From contig NC_087436.1 of NCBI RefSeq assembly GCF_036321535.1, positions 12,214,001 to 12,278,000 of the forward strand: 64,000 nucleotides of DNA. The letters are read 5' to 3'. Of the stretch, positions 42,846 through 57,813 are shown piece after piece. The translations under genes and the position numbers were made by a program. The notes beneath the pieces are model-generated. The model had not been told where the DNA came from, made no database searches, and saw only the letters and a list, made by a program, of their open reading frames with translations. How positions within the stretch are numbered: the first letter of the stretch is position 1; each line of letters starts with the position of its first letter. The stretch comes from Camelus dromedarius. Its lineage: Eukaryota.

Positions 42846-44378
42846 TGAGTAGAACCAGGGAATGACTTACGTAGGAGGGAGAAAGACCCATAGGTAAGAT
42901 TCGTGTTTTAATATTTGCTTAGTATTTTGCCCATGAGAAAGTATCAATTTTATGTAAGAAAATATTATATTTTAAGTAAATGTATTCTTTGATCACAGAC
43001 CTCTGTGCATCTGCTCCAAGTGTGTTCCGTCACCACCTCAGCTGCCTTTCCTTCTGTTCTAGCTACGTGGTGGCATTGCCAACCTCCCACTCACCTGAAT
43101 TGGAAAGCTCAGTATTCTCTGTTTTAGTGATTCTGTTGTGCACCCTCTAAAATTTGCACGAAGAGTTTGTGTGGATATTCACTATGTCTTCTGGTTTCCA
43201 GTTTTGCCCCATGCCAGCCCCCTGGTCCATTCGTGTCTTTGTCACTTTACAACTGGCGCATTCCAGCTGCTCTCCAGCCTTGCCTCGCCAATTCAGTGCC
43301 ACCAGAATTATCTTAAAAAAAAATACTCATCAGAGCAAAAATACCATGCTTTTTGAGATTCCTCACTGTTTCCTCTTACAGGGGTGTTTTCTAGATTTGC
43401 TTCCTACAGGATGATAACAGTACTCTCTCCAAAACAACCATTCTGTAAGTTGTGAAAACTCTGTGTTAAATTTCAACAGATTATTTCTATAAGCAGTGTG
43501 CTAAACCTTACTGGTATTCAGCCAGTTGAAAGGAATACAGAATACAGTGTTCTCTAAACTTATTTAAAAAATGAAACACCATCCCACCCTTTTAATAGTG
43601 AAGAATGTGTATCAATAACCCAGAACACATTTTGGGAAATGCTAGCCTGATAACAAAATCTAACTTCTTTGATGTAGCATTTAAGGAATGCCATGAACTT
43701 ACCACAGCTTCCATCTCCACTTCTTCTGCTGCCACATCCTCCCACAAATCCCATAATCTAGCCAAGTTACAGTAACAGCAGTTCTCCAAACAATGATGGA
43801 TACTTTAAAATATTTTTCATTGTGAAAATTTTCAAGCTTGTCCCTCTGTATTTCCAGTTAATTGAAACCTATATGTAAACATCTGCATATTTAAATTTAG
43901 CCTCCATTTTTGTTTATTTGTTTGCTAAGAACATATGGTGTGCTGTCTACTCTACCCTGCATCACATCAAGAGGTACGAGTGCCTGGACCTACCACTTTA
44001 GTGACACTGTGACTGATCAGTGGATTCAGGTGGTGACTGCCAGGTCCCTGCGTTGTGCAAGTTCTCCTCATTGCAAAATCGTGCTTTTCTAATGTTCTTT
44101 TCTTTCATTCCTTCTACATTTATTAGCTGAAATTCTTCTATAGAGTAATTTTCCCTAATCAGCTACAGCTATTTGAATACCTTCTATTACAGTTCATTTA
44201 GGGAAGTAAAAATAACTGCTCAAGTCCTTTGGAGGAAATAGTTCTTGCCCTAGTGACACATATTTTGAGGGTGGGGGAAATAAGTATTTCACTAGGTATT
44301 GGGGAATTACAACATCTGGCTTTGTTTCTACCACATTTTCCCAGAACGTTTAACTTAACCTAAAAAGTAATGGGTTTT

Positions 44379-44472
44379 GTGCTTCCTTCAGAGGCACATA
44401 TATAAAATTGGAAGGATGCAGAGATTAGCATGGTCCCTGCATAAGGATTACATGCAAATTCCATATTTTTTT
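44379..44472 (+). pseudogene. RNU6: U6 snRNA retropseudogene (5' part of a U6-L1 chimera)
   Basis: gtgcttccttcagaggcacatatataaaattggaaggatgcagagattagcatggtccctgcataaggattacatgcaaattccatattttttt aligns end to end with U6; ACAGAGA box damaged and 11 nt deleted near the 3' end. Confidence 0.93.
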
Positions 44473-44671
44473 CTAGATTAGGAGTTTGGGATTTGCAGAT
44501 ACTAACTACTATATATAAAATAGATAACGAGGTCCTACTGTATAGCACAGGGAACTATATTCAATACCTTGTAATCACTGACAATGAAAAAGAATATATA
44601 TATGTATCACTGAATCACTATGCTATGTACCTGAAACTAACACAACACTGTAAATCAACCGTATTTCAACA
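44473..44671 (+). mobile_element. L1 3' UTR end fused to U6
   Basis: Typical cetartiodactyl L1 tail (ttaggagtttggg...ctgtatagcacagggaactatattcaa...ctaacacaacactgtaaatcaac); TSD aaaaagtaatgggtttt at 44362-44378 and 44672-44688. Confidence 0.92.
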
Positions 44672-47600
44672 AAAAAGTAATGGGTTTTAATTTTAACCCT
44701 AAGTGACATTAAGAAAAAATACAGATGATCATTTTTCTATATATTTTTGGATAGCGCCATAATTTTTTAGCTGTGACTTATTTAAGCAATGTTTCCTTCT
44801 GAATTACTCTAATTTTAGCTTGACAAGTTTTGATTACATTTGAAGTCCCTCCTAGTTCTTTATGTGTATTTAATATTTAAAAGGCCAAAGCTAGACTGTC
44901 CTTCCTTCCTCTGGTTATCTAAAAGGAGTGGATATAGCTCAGCTTACATATTGCTAAATATATAATGTATTCAGATCAATACATGTTTTCTCTTTCCCAC
45001 TCTTCAATTTTGTAAAACGAATGCATCCAAAGCCCCAATCATTTATTACTTCATTGCTCAAATTCTGTTTGTAACAAACTCATATGCATACTCATATTGT
45101 TTTATTAACTTGACTCTTTTCAAAGTTTTCCATTTCACTTGTTTTATCCCACTAAACTAATTTTCCCTATTTACTATCATATCTTCATGTTTGTTTTTGT
45201 GACATTTTAGTTACTTGAAAGTCTTTCCTTTCTCATCGGTGGAAATCTTTCCCATATTTTATTCTCATCCATTTCTGAGCTTCCCACAGTGGGACTCTGC
45301 CCTGCAACAGCTGTCATAGCTCCATCTCCACTGTCCAAGCAAATGTCTGCCTTCGTCACTGATGAGGGCAGGGAGCGTACCTCTGTGTCCCTCGTGACAC
45401 TCAGCACACTGCTTTGTAAGTAGGTGATCAGGAAAGTATTGACAATTTACACATCAGCTAATGTACATCGTGTGTAATCCTAAGATAAAAGGAGGTAAGA
45501 ATTTAATGGGGTTTTGAAGAACATGTACTTCATGAATTTAGAGGTTTTAAAAAATGGCAAGAGCTCCAAGTTGTCTGACTCAGTGAGGAAGCTCAATCAA
45601 AGTGATGATAGTGAGAGGAAGTGGTAAGAAGCATTCGTCTTCCAGGTCAAAGAACTGAGGAAGGTCGCCATCCATATCAATGGCACCATTTACCACGTCT
45701 CCATATGCAGTGGAGATGTACACTAGGGCTTGTTAAATGTGATATGTTATATGCCACAGCTCTTATAAGACAAAGACCCAATACCAATTCCAACAGAGTG
45801 TTAAGTGTTTAGCTTAAAACATATCTTATTCTAGATGGCCCTCAGTATTTTGTGCAATACCAACACTCAAAGTCTTTAATAATTTAAATTAATTTTTATG
45901 AGATGTAAATACAGCATTATCATAGCAAAATAATTGTTTCGTGAAATTGTGGCCAATTATGGTAATTTCAAATAAATTTAGAAGCCACGAAATGATTGGA
46001 GTGATGAGCAGGCCAAAGATCAATTCCTGTAAGAAGTATCACCCTTTTTATCATTGAAAAAAAATAACACAGGGTAAATCTGAACTGGAAAGTGAGCACC
46101 AAAACAAACCAAAATGCAACATGACTACTTAACAGTCACAAATGTACACATGAATGCTCAAAAAGCCTAATTTCAGGAATGCAACTACAGATTTAAGTAT
46201 CTTTGGGCAAACCCAACTTCAATTTGTGCTCACATGACATTGTCCAGAGCAAGTCACATGACCAAACCTAGTAGGGAAGGGAAATATAATGATCTCCTAG
46301 AGAGAGGTGATGAATATTTTTGAACATTGACACAGTTTACCACACAGTCATCGGAGAATATCGAGTACAGAAGTGACGTCATCTGACTTTACGGTTTAGA
46401 AATTATCTCTGTGCTGAGAAAAGACTGCTGTGGGGAGGGCATCTTTATGCTTATAGGCAACTTTTTTTATAAGCTTTGATCCACCAATCCGAGGCCAAAG
46501 TAGGGAATAACAGGTTATGGATTACTCAGTTACTCTCTATGGCTTAGGGAGAAGTGAGGCTTCTCTAAAGATGATGAAAGTTTTTCTTGAGAGGGCAGAT
46601 CAATCTTATAATGGCCAAGCTTTAAAAGCAACACCCAAATTAGAAACAAAAAATCAAAAGCCATATACAAGAAAACAGTATCAAACCTGGATGCCGTTAG
46701 AAAGAAACCAAGATAACACCTAGACATGTTTAAACCATGTTTTTATAAATTGTGCGTATCACCCTGTCATTCCAGACATAATTATATGTACATATATTTA
46801 GCTTTGTAGTCATTTGAGCACCTAGAATTCGTCTGTCCCTAGACCTGACATATGTCAGAGCTCAAACCACCACATTTTTCTTTTTTCACAGGACCATTGT
46901 AACAGTCAGTGTGAGATGTGTTTTTGATTTCCATTATGAAACCCCATCTTATTTATTGGAAATTGTTATGGGTAAAATGCTAATGAAGGATGTTTTAGAT
47001 TAAATGAATTGACCATATTGCTTGACTAGCTCCTGGATTTTGATTTGCAAAGTACATTCTTCTCTGAATATATCATCAAGAATGACTCAGTGTGGGTCAT
47101 TTAGCTGCCATACAATCAGTTATTTCAGTTTCATGACTATTGCTTTATGGTAGCAAATATTTCCATTTAAATCTCTCCAAAATTTTGTGTTTTGCTACAT
47201 CTAATACTTTACTATGTCAGCATGTAATCAATAACTATGAATGTATAAATTAAAGTGTGCTATTAAGAAATCTACCTGGGAGCAAAAGTACAGTTCCCTA
47301 TTTTTCCCTGTCCGTTTCCTCAGTTTTCTCTCTATTATTGATTTATTAAGCTTAATTAACCATCATAATAGATTCATAAATAATAAACCAAATTACTCTT
47401 TCAAATTGGCATGGGATAGGTTAAAATGCTTAGGCATTTAAAGCCTACAGAAATAACTGGAATGACAAATATTTGTATTTGTGAACAATCAACAGGACTG
47501 CCAGATGTGCTTACTCTGAAGAACGAAATTAGTGAAATTCATTTTAATCATTTGGGCAACTAATTTTGGGTAATTTTCACATTAGAAAATGTGTTTGGTG

Positions 47601-48666
47601 GCTGGCACCGTGATAATTCCCATCTATTCAAGACAATTACTTACTGCCCTCTATTGCTGTCTGGAGGGGTGGCCCTTAGATAAGCTATTTTAAATTAAAC
47701 CCTAATTATTGAAGTTTTAGGCCTAATTTTATTTATAATTGTGATTGTAATTAGTATATTATTATACCATTTAAAGATTAAAGTGAGTGTCCCTATGTGT
47801 CCACCCTTGCGTGTGTGCACACTCTTGCACACTGACACACATGCACACACACACACAAAGTGAGTAAATGGAACTTCTGTATTGTGCATAGAAAAACATC
47901 ATTGGTAAGTATAAATGTCAGTAAGTGGAGGGAAATTTGCAGGAAGACACTCTGGATGTTTCACATTCTGACAGTCCAAGAGATTCTTTCAGAAGGTGAA
48001 ATGGACTGTCACACTGAATATTTGCCTGATGATTTGACACAGTCTCATAAGTCTCATAATTCTAGCAGTTGATTTTCCTTCGCCAACCATTAACCCTAGA
48101 TAATTCACCTTTGAAACGAATTTTCCTTGATTGACTTCTTTTAGAAGTTTTCTTCTTTAAGGAAATTCTTCCATGAGCAGGAAAAGTAATCCCTTTTTTA
48201 ATTAACAACATCTTTCACAAATTTAATTCTGTTTTTCTCAAAGAGGAAAAATAAACTTTAATTTATATTTAATACTGAAATAATGGATTATTGCCAGATA
48301 ACCATATTGACAAAGTAGTTACCTAAATGATTTACATGGGTTGTGAGAATAAAAAAATGTATTAGAAATAAATGTGAGTTGATGTCTTGAGTTTAACTGT
48401 ATGTGTAATAGCCATTAACTATCATAAGTATCTTATTTTCTGATTTATACTCTGAATACTCCTAAAAATTACTTAAGGCACATCTTCTAATAAATGAATT
48501 AATATAAAACCACTTCAATTGATTATTCAGAGATTCTTATCGTAGATAAATTTACCAGGATTACAAGAAATCAGTTCTATTTATTAATGAAAAACTGTTC
48601 TTCCTCTGAATGTGCTGGACTTTATAGTTCATCAGAATTTTTTATTAAAGTTTCACCCTATTGTGA

Positions 48667-48993
<327 letters not shown>

Positions 48994-49205
48994 TGACTTT
49001 GTTGATATTGTCGATCAACACTTTGCGTAGTTAAAAAGTACCCACCGTGGCGTTAATTTTTAAGTTTTTCTTACGAAACAAATGATCTTATGCATTTTTT
49101 TAGATTCCTTTTTTTCTTAAGATTTAACTGTTTTATATCTAAACTTCTGTGCTTTCTAAGAGTAGATGTAGGCTATTGAACCATAAATTAATATGATCAC
49201 ATTTT

Positions 49206-49445
49206 CATTAAAAACTAATTAAATAAATAAACTTAATTACCTCCCCCACCAAAAAAAAAAAAAATCCTCAAAAAAAAGGGAGGGGGAGGGTATAGCTCAG
49301 TGGCAGATTGTGTGCTTAGCATGCAGGAGGTCCTCGGTTCAATTCCCAGTACCTCCATTAAAAATAAACAAATAAACAAAACTAATTACCTCCACCCTCC
49401 AAAAACCAGAACAAAACAAAAAAACCACAACAAATAAAAAAAAGT
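49206..49445 (+). mobile_element. Tandem SINEs: 5'-truncated copy (49206-~49277) then full-length tRNA-derived SINE (~49282-49445)
   Basis: cattaaaaa...ctaattacctcc block occurs twice; only the second copy has the ggggagggtatagctcagtgg...ggttcaattccc head. Confidence 0.88.
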
Positions 49446-49959
49446 ATTTTTTATACTTAGTTCTGTAATTTATATTGTAGGGACTTCGAAAGGGTCAAGG
49501 GTTTGCTACAAAATGTGCTCGCTCCATAGGAATCTATATTATACCAGGAACAATTCTGGAGAAAATTCTAAGGAAGTGAGTCATTTCCAGCATAGTCCAA
49601 ATATTTCCTCAAGATTTCTCCTTCAACTTTACTACTGTAAAGACAAATTTATAAGAATGTTTTCAATTGTTTTAGTAGTTCAGTAGTTAATATATAATTA
49701 AAATTTAATTTTCTCTAATAGTTGGTGTGCAATAATCACCGCATTTAAAGCTTCTTATTTGTTTTACTTTTCAAAAATTCATAAAGATCTGTCCATTTCA
49801 TCGCCAAAAGAAAAATCCTGTAAGGCTGTGTGTATTTCAAGTGTAAGCAAAGTAGAAATGTGTCCTTATTTCCTTATTCATGGCCAGTTTCAAGTTACAA
49901 ACATTGAATTCCTTAGAATTTCCTGTGATTAACAGCATTGATCTCTTTATTTGCTCATA

Positions 49960-51070
49960 ACATATTTGTTGCCAATTATTTATTGAGGCATCATTGGATA
50001 TTGGAGAGCCTGTCACGAAAATTACAAAGGAGTGTTGGGTATGTTCATAGACATAAATGATTGCAAGTGAGTGAGAAAAGTGAGACGGAATGTGCCTTGG
50101 TGAGTCAAGGAAGATGTCATGAAGGAACTGAAATTTAGAACTAAAGGGATTCTGACTGTGCAGAGGAGTGATGGAATTTCTAAGGTGAGAAAAAAGCATG
50201 ATGATCAAAGTTACAATTACGTTTAATTGAATCATTTTGTTTCATGGTGAGTTACAAGTGGAAGACTGGTTGGTAGTTACCCAGGGAGGTTAGATCAGCG
50301 GGATCTTCTACATGAGGCTAGGAAATTTAGATTTTATCCTCTAACTACTGGAGACTAGTCAGAGGATTGAAAGCAGAGCAGGTTCAGATTTTAAAAAAGC
50401 AGGAAAGAATTCAGCTGTAGGGATCATTAACTGAGAATGGGGACGTGGGGGTGGGGAGGATGAATGTGAAGTCAGGGAAACCTCTTAGAAGCTTAAATAA
50501 ATAAGCCGTTTATAAGAGGTGTCTGAGTCCTTAGTTGGGGTGGTGTAGGCCAAGAAGAAGAAGAGGGAGTAATCTTTCATAAATATTTTAACAGGAGCAT
50601 CACATGAAGGGAAATCTTTAAGGCTTTATTTCTAGGTAAGGAGATGAATGGTGGATCATCAAATGAAGTGAGAACTATGGATAAAACAGCATAATTTTAA
50701 GAAGGGGAAAGACAAATAATAATTTCACTTAGCATATCCTTGAGTGTGAGAAGCCTTTAGATGATCCAAGTGGAGATGTCTAGTAGACAGGAAAGGTGAG
50801 TCCAGACTTTAGGCTATATCCAGAGAGAGAAATTTGATAGTGGATTTTTACTGTCTAGGGAAATGCTGGAGGGAGAAGAAAATAAGACTGAGGGTAGAAT
50901 AGGGGGAACACCAATATTTAAGCATCACTTTGTAGAAAATCCCTCAAAAGGCTGAGGAAGTTTGGTCTAAGAGGTAGGAGGAAAATCAATGAACGTGATG
51001 TCCCAGGGGAGAGAGATCACTTCAAGAATAAAGAAGTAATCAAAAGTGTTGAATATCAAAGAGAAGTAAA
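49960..51070 (-). mobile_element. Degraded L2
   Basis: tatttattgaggcatc...atccaagtggagatgtctagtagacag...gggaacaccaatatttaag. Confidence 0.6.
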
Positions 51071-51582
51071 TAATTAAATATATACTCCCAATGTAGAAGA
51101 CTCTGACACCTGAGCCAGGTATCAAGGTTCCTCTGATACTTTATATCATTGGGAGAGAAAGAGAAAACATTTCTGAAAATTACTCCAAATACCAATTAAA
51201 TGAGAAGAAGTCTGCTATTAACCACAATTATCGTTTCCTCCATTATGTGGACAAAAACAACTTACAAAAGAAGTGACTTTCAGAAACTATTCTTGCCCTT
51301 AAAAGTAGGATTCTGGTTCAGCATAAATTTGTGTACCTAAAACAAGTAAGAAATATATAGTTAGTATGTAAATGTATAATTCTTAACACAGTGCTAAGCA
51401 AATTATGGCCTTTCATTTTCTGTTGACTTAATGTTCAGGCTAATAGAAAACAATACTTTATTGAGTGAGATTTTCTGAGTATTCAGAACTCTATGCACAT
51501 TTTGTCACCCCTTGTTTGGACTTGATGGTACTCTCAACACATAACATAATTCTCACTTTTCTCATCCGCAATTATTTGTGGA

Positions 51583-51757
51583 CAGCTAGACCCTCCATAT
51601 TCACAAGGTTTTGCATCCGTGGAATCAACCAACGTTCGAATCAAAATTTCTTAGGTGTTGTACTAAGCCATTTTATATAAGGGACTTGTGCATCTATGGA
51701 TTTTGGTATCGAAGAGGGTCCTGGAGCCAATCCTCTGTGGATACCAAAGGCTGGCTG
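51583..51757. mobile_element. Tigger/MER2-like MITE
   Basis: Imperfect TIRs cagctagaccctccatat / tggataccaaaggctggctg followed by TA; internal ttttgcatccgtggaatcaacc. Confidence 0.75.
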
Positions 51758-53819
51758 TACTACAGCAGGGTAATTCTAGTATGAAAGAACTCGTGATGGA
51801 GAATAATCTTCAACAAATTTGTGACTTGCTTTGGGTGAGAAGCTTAAGATCAAGTGTTATTCAAGGGCAATGTCTAATAAGTGTGGACCTTGTCTTTCAT
51901 TTATATGCAAATTTGTGACCTTGATAGAAGTCAGTTTGGTACAAGGATCGGATTACTTTAATCCATCTTGAAACATGCCTTCAAGAAGGAGGCTTGCCAT
52001 TTTCTTTTCATTGTTTAGGATGAGTTCCACTGGTGCTCTGTATCTCCTGATAGCTCTTCCCTTCTTCCATAAAATAAGTCTGATTTTCTTTCCTTGGACC
52101 ATATGTGGCCATGTTCTTTTTAACCAGCACAGAACACTGTGTCATATACATGGTTCCGCTTCATGTTCCGCCTTCAGAAATTTTTATGAAACATTTTGCT
52201 TTATTAAAGAATTAGAGAATATGTTCCCATATTTGTGCTTGAAAGTTGAACTCTCCAGTGAGATTTAGATTAATAGTTATAAAATCAACTCCATAGCTTT
52301 ATGAAAATCTCACCTTAGAATTGAATATGCTAAAATATACTTACCATTTTTTATGAAGAAGAGTTTAAACAGTTGCTTCTGTCAGAGGTTGAGATAATGC
52401 AAAGTACTTCCTGAGAAAGGCTGTAATACAGACAGACAAACCAGAGATTTGTGGAACATAAGATTTCACCGTATGGTCTGCTAAGTTCATTGAAAACTGT
52501 TTATTGTGTGAATTCATTGTAAGGTGGACTGACACACTTAACTCTGGGACTTGGGTTCTGTAACTTTAGGCTGATTATTTTGTCTTTAATGCCCAAGTGA
52601 GTGTATCAGATTTCCTTATCACATGTAGGAAGGATATTATACTCCGTGGCATCACTCAGTGTCTTCATTGCCTTTTGGAAAATTTTTTCCTAATGTGATA
52701 TTTTTATATTTGGTAGTAATGTGGCAGTTGGTATAAAATTAAAATAGGTTAAGTGTTGTAATGGTCCTGTTTTGAACTCCAGTCTTGAATTTGAAATCCT
52801 AATAGCTCACTGATACATTTTGATGTTTCAAAAAGAGCTATAAAAGTAGCCATCTTTGGCTACTGAAATTGTGAAACATGACTCCCTGAAACCTAAACTA
52901 AACCTCAGGAAACACTCTGCTTCTGAACCACTGATGTGGATCTATGTACTTAACTCTATGTTATTACCAAATTTCAAGAAATAATATTACAATACAAATA
53001 CCAATAGGCAGTTGAGAAATCTATTAATACAAAGATGTCCAGAAGTTAAAATAACAGTTGTGAAAAGTGAAAAAAAGAATTATTAAGTTCTGAGGCATAT
53101 TCTTCTTAACCAAAATAGCCCTCCGAGTAGAGCCTCCTTTTCATCAAAGAGAATCTTGTTTCAGTTTTGAGTGAAATTTGCTGCTGTTTTTTATCTTTTT
53201 TTTTTTTCCTGTGCTAAGGATATGTGAATTTCTTATTTTATTTTATTTTTTAATTTAAAAAATTTTTAAAGTTTTTTATTTTTATGTATATTTTAGTTGA
53301 TGTTATTTTATCTTTAGGGATAATATCACATAGCAAACATTTGCAATGTTGTGTGTACATACAAATACTGTTTTTTTTCTTTTTCCTAATGTTTCATAGG
53401 AAGCATTTTTTTTTGGTCTTGGCAAATGTAGTCATAAGAGAAAGGTGGGAAACTCATTAGGTAAAAATGTAACTTTTTATAGTCACAGTATCATAAAAAA
53501 AACAGTAAAATTTTAAAGGAACAAATATTGAGAAAAAGTGAAAGAGGATACAAAGAAAAAAAAACCATCATATGTCTTTGGCAATCTACCTTTTTGCTGA
53601 AATTAACTTATTAATGAAATTCACTATTACTATTTCAGAATGATACTCAGTTGCACACAGTGGCACAGGATGTGCCCTTTTGCATGTACCTGGCTGTTAG
53701 TGTGTAAATACAACCACATGAAGATCAGTGTTCAGTCGAGAGCGGATACGGGCCAGGAGGGGCTCTTCTGTTCTCTTTTCTGTCTGTTAAGAGGCTTCTG
53801 AAAGGTTTCTTGTGCCTGA

Positions 53820-53963
<144 letters not shown>

Positions 53964-55608
53964 TAATTCCTATCCTCTGTGTGGCCCCTCACAAAACTAT
54001 GTTTAACTTTACAACTAGAACCACTTTCAAATATTGCTGCCAGAAGGTACCAAAAATACTTGATTGGCATTTATAACCGACACTGGGCATTTGAGATTTT
54101 TAAAAATACATTTTCACATTTCCTATCAAATGAATAGATTCAAAGTAAAAATTAAAATGATACGAATTATTTAAATTATTTAATGTTCCTAAATCATGAA
54201 AAAGTTCAATTAAAATGATTACCAAACCCATCAGGATGTTAAACTGGCAAAGAACTTTAAATGAAATTTAGGCCTTTTAAGTCAAATAGAGAACTCAGTT
54301 GTTGAGCTGGAATGTTATAGTCTCCATGTGACTTACGTTTTTCTGCTGTGTGTTTTCTGTTGCTCAAGTACTAGTCATACTCAAAAATTGCTATAGTAAA
54401 ATAATTCTCAGAGAATGTTTTTAGGAAGATGTTTTACTTCATATAATTTAGAATTTTGCCATTTATTAACCTTGAAATTATTTCATTAGTGACCGAATGT
54501 TAATTTTTAAGAGTCTGATAAATTTGGGTTTTGATCTATTTCACTCTAAAGAAGAGATCATCAGGGAGGTAGTTCACAGGTAAGTAGTTCGGAGCTGCTA
54601 AAACCGTTGACGTCATCTCTTTTTCCCATTTTATGCCCATTTTATACTCGTATGTCTATTACACTCAATTTTTTTGGATCACTATGTCCATTTCACAATT
54701 CATTAATGTGTGTTTGTAAAGGCAGGGTCAGAAAGGAGACTAAAGTCTCAAATTAATTCCCCTGTTTTTATAAAAAAATTATTGGTAAAGAGAAAGGTGT
54801 AAACAAACTCTTAATACTTGGATACATTCTTAAATTATTTTCTTTTTAAGGCCAAACTTGATTATTAAAATAATTGAGTGGTAACCATATTTTTAAAATC
54901 ATTTTCTTCTGAAATATATACTATATATATTTATTCCAATATAATAACTACCCAAGTACTATCTCTGGAATTGAATTTAAGTTTTAGTAAAAATACATCC
55001 ATAAATCTGGCCTGAAGTTAAACCTAAAGAGTTACAAAGCTTTGTTTTTAGGTCAGTGTTTGGAATTGAGTTTTACCTAGAAACATGCGAAAAATGGGGA
55101 TTTGGGTACCAGTTTAGCCAAAGTGCTTCTTTTATACTATTGAATTATATTAATTAGAAATAAAGTGAATTTTGACTCTTTGGAACAGAGGAGGTGCTGG
55201 AGAGGGGAAGAAGTAATGTGTTCTTTCTCTCCTTGATAGACAATGAAGCTAAACCAAAGTCTGAAACATATATTTCCCTATTCTGTACTCCTTTTACATG
55301 TTTAAATTGTTTCTTTGCCATGAGCCACAGGGATCTTGCAGTTTATCGCCCCCTATATCGACTTTGGTGTTGGTAGTGCCTTTTTTCTTATTGTTTCAAA
55401 ATGTTCCTCCTCACTTTTCCCAAGTAAAGCTATGTTCCTAGAGTGAAATTTACCTGTTAATAGAATTGATCCAATTCACATTATATTTTTGTCCTGCTTT
55501 TTAAAGAGGATGTTTACTAGCTCATAAAAATAGTTAAATAAATGAATTTTAAGAGAGGAAATATTTGGCATAATTCTCAGCCACCACCTCCGAAGTATTT
55601 GAAGTTTT

Positions 55609-57813
55609 TTTTTTTTTAATTGTGGTAAAGAAACCGCAATATCACATTTGCCGTATTAACTATTTTTAAGTAGATTTTAGTAGTCTTACGTACATTTGTG
55701 TTGTTGTGAAACATCTCCAGAACGTTTTCATCTTGCAAAACTGAAACCCTGTCCCCATTATACAGCAGCACTCACTTTCCCCTCCGCCAGCCGCTGGTAA
55801 CCGCCGTTCCACTTTCTGTTTCTGTGAATTTGGCTACTTTGGATACAGTATTTATCTTTTTGTGACTGGCTTATTTGGCCCAGCATAATGTCCTTAAGGC
55901 TCATCTATGTTATAGCAGGTAACAGAATTTCCTTCCTTTCTAAGGCTGATTAATATTCCATTGGATATATATACCACATTGTTACTCATTCATTTGCTGA
56001 TAGACATTTGAGTTGCTCTCACTTCTTGGCTACCGTGAATAGTGCTGTCATGCAAATATCTCTTCCAGGCTCTTTTTCATTTTTTAAAAAATATAAACAC
56101 AGAAGTGGGATTGCCAGATTATATGGTAGTTCAAGTTTTAATTTTTTGAAGAGCCTCCATAATTTTTTCTTAGGAGCCGGACTGTTTTATAGTCCCATCA
56201 GCAGTGCAGAAGGGTTTCAGCTTCTCCATATCCTCACAAACATGACTTATTTTCTGGTTTGTTTGTTTTATTTTTTTGAGAGTAGCCGCCCTAGTGTGTG
56301 TGACATGTTGTCTCATTTTGGTTTTGATTTGTATTTTTCTGATGATTAGTGATCTTTGTATATGTTTGGCCATTTGTATATCATCTTTAAAGAAATGCCT
56401 ATTCAAATCTGCCCATTTTTAATTAGATTATTCCATGTTTCTGCTGTTGAGTTGTAGGATTTCTTTATATGTTCTGGCCTTTCATCGGATATGTATTTTG
56501 CAAACATTTTCTCTCCTTTCCACTCTGTTGACTGTTTCCTTTGCTCAGCACAAGATTTTTAGTTTGATGTGGTCCCCCTTACCTATTTTTGCTTTTGTTA
56601 CGTCTGCTTTTGGTGTCATATCCAAAAAGTCATTGACATAGTCAATGTGATGAAGCTTTCCCCTTTGTTCTCTTTTAAGAGTTTTATGATTTGGAATCTT
56701 ATGTTTAGGTCTTTAATCTATTTTGAGTTATTTTTTGTGTATTGCTTTGCTAAAGGTCTAATTTTGTTCTTTTGTACATGGATGTCCAGTTTTCCCAGCA
56801 TCATTTGTTGGAAGATTGTCTTTTCCCCATTCAATAGTCTTGACAATTTTGTTAAAGGTCCCTTGCTATATACACTAGGATTTATTTGGGAGATTCCTAC
56901 TCTAGTCCATTGGCCTATAGGTCTGTCTTTATGCCAATACCACACTGTATTAGTTACTTTAGCTTTGTGGTATGTTTTGAAATCAGGGAGTGTAAGTCCA
57001 ACTTTGTTTTTTTTTTTCTTCAAAAAACTTTTGGCTATTCAAGGTCCTATGAAATTAATATGAATTTTAGAACTATTTGTTTTCCTATTTTCACAATAGA
57101 TGCTGTTGGGGTTTTGGTAAGGATTATGTTGCTCATTTTGTGTGGATATCTTAGCAAATTAAGTCAACCAATCCATAAATATAGAATGTTTTTCCACTCA
57201 TTTGTGTCTTTTTAAATTTCTTTCAGGGATGTTTTGTAATTTTCAGTAACAAGTCTTTGGCCTCCTTGGTTAGGTTTATTCCCAAATATTTTATTCTTTC
57301 TGATTCTATTTTAAATGGAATTGTTTTCTTACTTTTCTTTCCAGATGGTTCACTGTTAACTGTATAGAAATGCGACTGGTTTTTGAGTGCTAATTTTGTA
57401 TCTTGCAGTTTTGCTGGATTCCTTTATTAGTTCTGACAGTTTTTTAGTGGACTAAGGTTTTCTATGTATAAGAACATGTCGTCTGCAGAAATGACTTTCC
57501 TTTCTTTTCAATTTGGATGCCTTTTGGTTCTTTTTCTTGCCTAATTGTGCTGACTAGGACTTTCAATACTGTACTGAATAGAAATAGTGAGTGCAAATAC
57601 CCTAATCTTAGATGAAAAGCTTTCACTTTTTCACCATTGAGTAAGATGTTAGCTGAAGGCTTTTCACGCATGACCTTTTATGATGAGGTAGTTTCCATCT
57701 ATTGCTAGTTTGTTGAGTGTTTTTATCATGAAAGGATGCTGAATTTTGTCAAATGCTTTTTCTGCATCAATTAGATGAACATGTGGCTTTTGTCCTTCAT
57801 TCTGTTTATGTAC
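55609..57813 (-). mobile_element. 5'-truncated L1 (ORF2 3' part plus 3' UTR) with 14-bp TSD
   Basis: ORF2 relics (GLTLPDFKTYHKAKVTNTVWYWHKDR; MNRHFFKDDIQMAKH); TSD gtatttgaagtttt 55595-55608 / gtatttaaagtttt 57814-57827. Confidence 0.92.

Noticed and set aside
44379..44472. Functional U6 gene
   Set aside because: ACAGAGA box disrupted, 3' deletion, fused to L1 and flanked by a TSD.
46374..46381. Full CRE TGACGTCA (also 24278, 25002, 54608)
   Set aside because: Isolated 8-mers, two inside an L1; no supporting context.
46845..46858. Perfect 14-bp palindrome CTGACATATGTCAG
   Set aside because: A few palindromes of this size are expected by chance in 64 kb (64000/4^7 is about 4).
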